From positions 32,001 to 96,000 of IMG/VR virus record IMGVR_UViG_3300035696_000012: a stretch of DNA of 64,000 nucleotides; one strand, written 5' to 3'. How positions within the stretch are numbered: the first letter of the stretch is position 1; every line of letters starts with the position of its first letter. The notes beneath the pieces were generated by a model. That model saw only the letters and a program-made list of their open reading frames with translations. It was not told the DNA's origin and made no database searches. The position numbers and the translations under genes were made by a program. Shown here piece by piece: positions 58,028-64,000 of the stretch. Source of the stretch: a virus.

Positions 58028-60168
58028 TATTCATTTCCGTTATTTATAGATCCGTCTCTTGATATATCGCCCTCGTCTCTTCTTGGTACTCCACCATCGG
58101 AACTTGAGCTACTAGATGAAGATATGGCTGGTGAATAGACGAAAGTATAACTTAATTCATTTATCGAAACCGATGGAGTTTGATTTATATCTGATGGATT
58201 TGATAGTATGCTAATATAATTATTATTAAACGATACCTGAACTGTTCCGTTTCCTGGAACATCACTCAATATTGATGCTGTGAATAACTGATATCCATCA
58301 TATGAAAACGGACTAACTGTGCCAAGTGAAATATTGGCATGTAATTGTGCTGCTATTGACTGAGCAACATCTGACGGTAAATTATTTGTTAAGGCTTGAG
58401 ATGAACTTTCATTAATTAAAACTGAAAGTATTATTGGCTGAGTAATAAATTGAATATTTGTATTTAAATCAAATGAACTTGTATACTGATCATATGCTGC
58501 TGGTATAACTTGTGCTATTGAATTATTTGTTTGTTGTTGTAAATTATTCAATAATCCTAATACTGTGGCTTGAAAAATATTAGTTGATGCTATTGAAACA
58601 TTTTGACGATAGGCAGTTATAGCATTTGTAATTGCATCTTGTGTACCTGCAACATCTGGCAACACTACATTTGCAAGCGCTGCTGAATTTCCATTGAACT
58701 GAGCACCTATTGTATTATTTATAAAATCTTTATTAAGTGCTACTTCCGGAATACATCCTAATGTTATTAAGCTTTCACCAACTAACACTTCATGATTAAT
58801 TGTAAATGTATATGTTAGATCTGAAAATACATATCCATCATTTGGAAAATAAGATTCTTCATTAGCCGGTATATTTGTTGAATTTTGATGTATAAAAGTA
58901 TTTAATGGAACCGGTCTATTTTGTGAATCAACAATTATATCACCATTATCTTCCGTGACTATACCACCGATTAAATTCAATGTTCCATTAAATGGAGCAA
59001 TCAAATCATTATTATATGATGAAACACCTATAGTAGGGGGATCTTTAACTATCGCATTTACAATTTTTATATACCTTGGTCCTTTTGGATCAGTAGGATT
59101 ATAACTAAAATCAACTGGATTATAAAAAAATCTAAAACTAATTACATATGGAGTTGAATTTGGATCTGTTGTTGTTGTATAGTTAGTCCCACCAGGGAAA
59201 AATATTTTGGATGTGCCAGCGGGCAAATCATATGCTTTTACTATATTGCTAAATGCTTGCATAGTTGAAAGATTAGAATCATAAAATTGCCAACTTTCTG
59301 ATCTAGTAGATGATATAATCGGTGGAAATGATGCCGGTAAAACTAAACCAGAATCTATGCCAACCTCATTATAATATAAGAAAGTGCCTGTACTACTTAT
59401 TATATCACTATTATTTTTAATAAAACCTGGACATACATCCGGGGTACAACAAGAACTACCGCCACTAGAACTGCATGGCGGAATTTTAAATCCTAAGCTA
59501 ATTATAGCTTTTATAATTTGAATAATTGTAGTCAAAACTCCAAATACAACAAATAAGTTTTGTAATGAACATATCAAATCACCAATTTTTTTAACAATTC
59601 CCATAATACTGTCATTATCTAATCTGGGCGCAGCTTTCCCTAGCATATTTAGGTTAGCTATTATTACATCAATCATTCCAACTATACGAGTTATCAAATA
59701 TTCTATTAAGGATAGAATCAATAACAACAATGACATAATCATAATCGGTATGGCAAATGCTGGAAAAATTGAAAGAAACTCAGGTATACAATTACGAAAC
59801 AAATTATTAATTGCTCCACCTAGTGAAAACGGATTTAGTAATGAGCATAAAACCTCAATTATACATAAAATTAAATTAAGTACTGGTAAGAAAAATTTAT
59901 ATAACATTAAAAATGGACTAAATTTTTCTAATAAACTATTAACTGCCCCATATACATCAATGATGACGTTTGGTTCCATTTTTGGTTTTAAAGTACCAGG
60001 CGGCAATATAAAACTTAATTGATTAAATATAGCGGTTAAATCCTCTACAGGAGAAGGAGCAAATGGAATATTATAGCTAGGTAGTGCAACAGCATATCCG
60101 TTGGAACCAGGGAAAGTTCCTGCCGAAGGTGGTGTTACATTAGTTTCTGGGAGCGGTGTGCAAGGCAT
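58027..60168 (-). CDS. Hypothetical protein with hydrophobic helical N-terminal region
   Basis: 713 aa; apolar segments FLMLYKFFLPVLNLILCIIEVLCSLL, FAIPIMIMSLLLLILSLIEYLI, LFVVFGVLTTIIQII. Confidence 0.7.
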   Translation of the reverse strand: MPCTPLPETNVTPPSAGTFPGSNGYAVALPSYNIPFAPSPVEDLTAIFNQLSFILPPGTLKPKMEPNVIIDVYGAVNSLLEKFSPFLMLYKFFLPVLNLILCIIEVLCSLLNPFSLGGAINNLFRNCIPEFLSIFPAFAIPIMIMSLLLLILSLIEYLITRIVGMIDVIIANLNMLGKAAPRLDNDSIMGIVKKIGDLICSLQNLFVVFGVLTTIIQIIKAIISLGFKIPPCSSSGGSSCCTPDVCPGFIKNNSDIISSTGTFLYYNEVGIDSGLVLPASFPPIISSTRSESWQFYDSNLSTMQAFSNIVKAYDLPAGTSKIFFPGGTNYTTTTDPNSTPYVISFRFFYNPVDFSYNPTDPKGPRYIKIVNAIVKDPPTIGVSSYNNDLIAPFNGTLNLIGGIVTEDNGDIIVDSQNRPVPLNTFIHQNSTNIPANEESYFPNDGYVFSDLTYTFTINHEVLVGESLITLGCIPEVALNKDFINNTIGAQFNGNSAALANVVLPDVAGTQDAITNAITAYRQNVSIASTNIFQATVLGLLNNLQQQTNNSIAQVIPAAYDQYTSSFDLNTNIQFITQPIILSVLINESSSQALTNNLPSDVAQSIAAQLHANISLGTVSPFSYDGYQLFTASILSDVPGNGTVQVSFNNNYISILSNPSDINQTPSVSINELSYTFVYSPAISSSSSSSSDGGVPRRDEGDISRDGSINNGNE

Positions 60169-60187
60169 TTTATTCTTTTATATCTAT

Positions 60188-60201
60188 ATCATAAAACATT
60201 A
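60188..60201 (-). promoter_or_regulatory. Candidate late promoter (TAAT-N8-AT)
   Basis: Minus strand aaTAATgttttatgATata; 19 nt before ATG 60168. Confidence 0.4.
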
Positions 60202-60215
60202 TTATTGAAATAAAA

Positions 60216-62237
60216 TTATCTAATTGGTCCGGCTGCTGGATCCTCAATTACCGGTCTTCCATTCAATACTATATTTGGACTATCAAATTCAATGGATGCT
60301 GGGCTACGGAATAACATTTTTCTCGCATAACAGGTCATGCTACCAGGCGTAGTAATTGTTAGTCCATCATCATCTATTCTCAGTATTGTCATTTCTTGTT
60401 GGGAATTAAAAACACGAATATCTACAACACCGGCTACCCAGCCAGTATTTGAATTTTGAAATCTCGTAGTTTCTGCTGGTACAGTATTTCCACCAACTTG
60501 TATTATTACTTCGCCATCAATATTTGCTGCAAGGCTTATATTCCTTAAATCCCTGCCAACATTTGCAACTATTCCACCTTGAGTATCTAACCATAGTGAT
60601 TGACGATCTACTGTATTTGCGCCAATATTAATTTCTATTGAACCATCAAAATTTAAACTACCGCTTCTACCACCGGCATTTGCATTAACACCGTTAGTAA
60701 TTATCTGTGAACTAATTATCGTTGAAACTGGTTGTACTTGACCTGATGCCAATGTAGTTGTAGCAATATACTCAACTGGTGTATAAAAAGTATTTGTTTG
60801 TATAGTACTGCAAGTATTTGCAATATTATGATATACCGTTCCATGTTGTATATATATTGGATTATTTTTATTAGAAAATCTATCTATTGGTCCAAAAGAA
60901 TTGCCAATATCATCTAATAAAGAAATTGCAGGATCATTAATAAATGATTCTGCTAATACATCTTTATATAATGAATTAAATACTAAATCATTAGTATTAT
61001 TTGATTGTGGATTTGGTGAAACAGTCGAATAATTTTCATATCTTATATTAAGTGGCACATTACCAGTTTCACTGGATGCCGGCACATTTAATTTAAATTG
61101 GCCTTCTTTATCAACATCGAAAAAAAATCTACTTCGCGCACGAGCATAATTATCTTTATTATTTACATTAGGAGGACCGGATCCATTAGTTTCTTTTCTT
61201 GCATTTATTTCAAAATGAAATGCTAAACTTTTTCTTTCTTGTCTTTTTATTTGTTGATATGTGTTATTAAAAGTATTTTGCTCATTAGCAGTAGACTTTA
61301 TATTAAAAGATGATAGTGTATTAACACCTAATGGAATAATATCCCTATTTAAATCTATTACATTTCCATATAAATCTACTACTGTTCCTTTTATTGATTC
61401 TATTAAATAATTTGGTGATGTTAGACTCAAACTTAATGCATCAGCACGCCCAGCTCTCCTATCAGTAATAGTTGAGTAATTTGGAAAAACTCCTGTTTTA
61501 TAGAACTCTAATTCAATATCATCAGAATATACATTGGCAGATTCCTCATATTCATACACAACTTCTCGTTTTTCTACTCTAGCAGGGTTTCTTACCGCAG
61601 TTCCAGAATTAAAAATCTTTGCATCAGCGATAGGATCCATGCCAATGGCGATTAAGGTATCATCATATGATGTATCAAATTCTCTTAAAAATGAAGGATA
61701 GTTTGTGGATGGTTGTTTATCTCTATATATAATACCATTTATCTCTCTTGATCCTTGACCTAAATAGTATGATTGATCAAAATTATTAAGATATATTTTT
61801 CTAGTTATATCAAATGTTGCTGAGTTTTCAGTTTCACCTATAACAATAGTATCATTACCAAGATTTATAGCAACATCACTATTTGATTGTATCGTTACAC
61901 CGCCTCTGGTTAAATCTGGTATATTTATTTTTGTAGATGATTGTGTTAATCTGGCTACCGGATCTCTGGCTAAAAAAGCAACTATTGCATAATTACTAGT
62001 TCCCTCAACTTGACTGACATATACAGGTGTTCCTTCAGCTGGAAAACCACCAATAAATCCACCACCGGCTGAAAGATATGGGATTGGCAGTTGAGCCAAT
62101 ACATTTGATGCTCCATCATTGTTTAATTGAGAATCAGGTCTAAATGTAACATAAGCTGACATTGTGCTAAGATCAATTTTGGTAATCGTAGCAAGTCGCG
62201 TCATTCCAGATGGTTTAAATATAGGTCCTTGAACCAT
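60216..62237 (-). CDS. Baseplate central spike (gp5/gpV-like)
   Basis: N-terminal OB-fold-like ATITKID......V...P.P....G.FI...P..G..V.V; C-terminal short beta-helix repeats ending NIVLNG; follows hub. Confidence 0.7.
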   Translation of the reverse strand: MVQGPIFKPSGMTRLATITKIDLSTMSAYVTFRPDSQLNNDGASNVLAQLPIPYLSAGGGFIGGFPAEGTPVYVSQVEGTSNYAIVAFLARDPVARLTQSSTKINIPDLTRGGVTIQSNSDVAINLGNDTIVIGETENSATFDITRKIYLNNFDQSYYLGQGSREINGIIYRDKQPSTNYPSFLREFDTSYDDTLIAIGMDPIADAKIFNSGTAVRNPARVEKREVVYEYEESANVYSDDIELEFYKTGVFPNYSTITDRRAGRADALSLSLTSPNYLIESIKGTVVDLYGNVIDLNRDIIPLGVNTLSSFNIKSTANEQNTFNNTYQQIKRQERKSLAFHFEINARKETNGSGPPNVNNKDNYARARSRFFFDVDKEGQFKLNVPASSETGNVPLNIRYENYSTVSPNPQSNNTNDLVFNSLYKDVLAESFINDPAISLLDDIGNSFGPIDRFSNKNNPIYIQHGTVYHNIANTCSTIQTNTFYTPVEYIATTTLASGQVQPVSTIISSQIITNGVNANAGGRSGSLNFDGSIEINIGANTVDRQSLWLDTQGGIVANVGRDLRNISLAANIDGEVIIQVGGNTVPAETTRFQNSNTGWVAGVVDIRVFNSQQEMTILRIDDDGLTITTPGSMTCYARKMLFRSPASIEFDSPNIVLNGRPVIEDPAAGPIR

Positions 62238-64000
62238 TATGTTCCATTCGCTGGGTTAGTTGAATCAGTTGGATTATTAAATACAATCCAACAATCTACT
62301 ATATAACTATATATTGCAGAATCAATATCATATTGATCTAACGTTGAGTCGCCCGAACTGGATGAATTTTTATTAGCTATATCTCTTCCATAATAAAATG
62401 CCTCCCGAGATGGGGCTCTAAACTCACCGTCTTCATTAGAATCTACTATTGTAACTTGTATTTGCTCTTTATACGCTGATAGTTTTTGTGGATTAGTCTG
62501 TAAGCTACCAGTTGGCTGTGCATTGGTTGTTAAGTCGGTAGAACCAGTTAAATACCCAAGAACCTCGTTTGCTAATTTAAGTGCGTATGTATTCGGATCA
62601 CTAAAATTATCACTATTGCTATTAGAATATATTCTAAGCTCGAGAGTCGCTCCACTCAAACTCAATGTTGAGTTGCCATAATCTAATAGACGCTGTAATC
62701 CCATTTTATTGGATGATCCATATATAGCATTAGTTATATCATCATCTATTGATGATGTGCTACTTGCTGCCACCAAATCATTTACTGAATTGCTAGTTGC
62801 AGTATTACCTACTATTGTAGCAACGTGCTCTTGATTAAATACATTGCCCTGTCTTTTATGAGCTAGATTTGTTGTGTCTTTATTGTTTTTGTAGAACATC
62901 TTCCCTATAACGTCTAAGAAAGTCGGTATATATTCTCCAAGATTATGACCATGAGTTAATTCTAATGTTGTAGTGAATCCAGAACCATACGTAAAATTAT
63001 GTTGAACACTATGCACATAAAATAATAAATCAATATCCTCTAAATATACTACTTCACCAGGTTGTTGATATTCATTACCAACTATGGTCAATGATGCCTT
63101 TAATATTTCTCTTCTTGATTGATTAAGTACAGATACAGCATATGGAGCACATTGAACCTCTGGATTAGTTAAATATGGAGCATCAATACCTTGTGGAACT
63201 GAAATACCATACATTCTCCATAAATCATAATCTACCGCTGATACGCTATTAAAAGCATTACCGTATTGAAATAATTTTAAATCTTCTGATGCAATTCCAT
63301 TTTGATTAATTAATTGTGCTGCCTGCCCACCAAATCTTCCGGTGATTTCTATTGATGTATATGGTGGCCTATTTTCCGTTATTGAATAACTTAATATATC
63401 ATTATTTTTTATAACATATCTGTTTCCAGAACCAGGACCATAATCATCATATGACTCATCTTCGATCATATACTCAAAAGTTTTTGGTATATTTTTACTT
63501 CGACTCAATGATGGATGTAATAATGAATTTCCAAGTGATTGATTACCAGGACCGCCAGAACCATTAGTTAATGTAATTCCTTCTTGTAAGCTTTTCAGTG
63601 AATTGACTGCTGTTTTTATAGCAGTTTGTCTTTGAGATAGGCGTCCTGATATGCCATTAGCTATTTGTAAAATATCATTACTACTGACAATAGACGGTTG
63701 TTGCGATCCGCTTGGAAATAACTGTGACAAATCGAATGTCATACTCGTTGCACCTTGCAAACGTGTTACTATCATAGATTTTCTACTTTGTGCCGATGTA
63801 TTACTTGCTATTTGCGCGGCAGTTTGAAATTGCGTTTGATTATTCGTTGTATTTGATGGTAATACTGATTGAACGAACTCTGCTCTTGATGCAACATTGA
63901 ATAAATTCAGATTAGTTTGTTGTTGTAAATTATTAACATCTAAACTTGAAGTAATTGCATTATTCAATGCATCTGGTTGTGATAGAATATTTAAAGAAAC
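62237..64000 (-). CDS. Baseplate hub (gp27/gpD-like), partial, start beyond right edge
   Basis: Frame stays open to base 64000; ASLTIVGN..QPGEVV.L.....FYV.SV.H.F..G.GFTTTL.L hub C-terminal motif. Confidence 0.8.
   Translation of the reverse strand, partial: VSLNILSQPDALNNAITSSLDVNNLQQQTNLNLFNVASRAEFVQSVLPSNTTNNQTQFQTAAQIASNTSAQSRKSMIVTRLQGATSMTFDLSQLFPSGSQQPSIVSSNDILQIANGISGRLSQRQTAIKTAVNSLKSLQEGITLTNGSGGPGNQSLGNSLLHPSLSRSKNIPKTFEYMIEDESYDDYGPGSGNRYVIKNNDILSYSITENRPPYTSIEITGRFGGQAAQLINQNGIASEDLKLFQYGNAFNSVSAVDYDLWRMYGISVPQGIDAPYLTNPEVQCAPYAVSVLNQSRREILKASLTIVGNEYQQPGEVVYLEDIDLLFYVHSVQHNFTYGSGFTTTLELTHGHNLGEYIPTFLDVIGKMFYKNNKDTTNLAHKRQGNVFNQEHVATIVGNTATSNSVNDLVAASSTSSIDDDITNAIYGSSNKMGLQRLLDYGNSTLSLSGATLELRIYSNSNSDNFSDPNTYALKLANEVLGYLTGSTDLTTNAQPTGSLQTNPQKLSAYKEQIQVTIVDSNEDGEFRAPSREAFYYGRDIANKNSSSSGDSTLDQYDIDSAIYSYIVDCWIVFNNPTDSTNPANGT

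Noticed and set aside
1-64000. CRISPR array, tRNA, rRNA or structured ncRNA
   Set aside because: No regularly spaced repeats; after adding two small ORFs the largest intergenic gap is ~130 nt and none shows a cloverleaf or T-loop.
1-64000. Stop-codon reassignment
   Set aside because: TAA, TAG and TGA all end genes at coupled junctions, and multi-kb ORFs are intact under code 11.
44930-64000. Bacterial extracellular contractile injection system or T6SS rather than a phage
   Set aside because: Contiguous with helicases, RNR, sigma factor, homing endonucleases and endolysin, with no housekeeping context; phage is the simpler reading.

Overview
64 kb, AT-rich, densely coding fragment of a large (probably jumbo) contractile-tailed dsDNA phage, read with standard code 11 and AGGA/GGAG ribosome-binding sites. 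1-9583 (+) is a fibre/adhesin block ending in four tandem ~700-aa paralogues with Gly-rich tips. Everything from 9586 to 64000 is on the minus strand. In transcription order: baseplate hub (partial), spike, two unknown proteins, gp25-like, giant baseplate-J, 2286-aa LamG-containing wedge protein, 1077-aa protein with a split dockerin-like pair, 12-repeat Ig-like protein; a GT4/GT2/GT2/RmlB glycosylation cluster; a tubulin/FtsZ-family GTPase; an Sm-like protein; GH25 endolysin; SF2 helicase, DnaC-like loader and DnaB with four interspersed endonuclease loci (two apparently frameshifted); sigma-70-type factor, class II RNR, PIN-PhoH, methionine aminopeptidase, P-loop kinase. Two promoter classes are visible by eye: host-type TTG(A/T)(C/G)A-N16-TATATT, and a recurrent TAA(T)-N8-AT motif mostly 16-19 nt before structural-gene starts (candidate phage late promoter). 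No tRNA, rRNA, CRISPR array, intein or reverse transcriptase seen. All family calls are from motif recognition by eye; no database searches were run.
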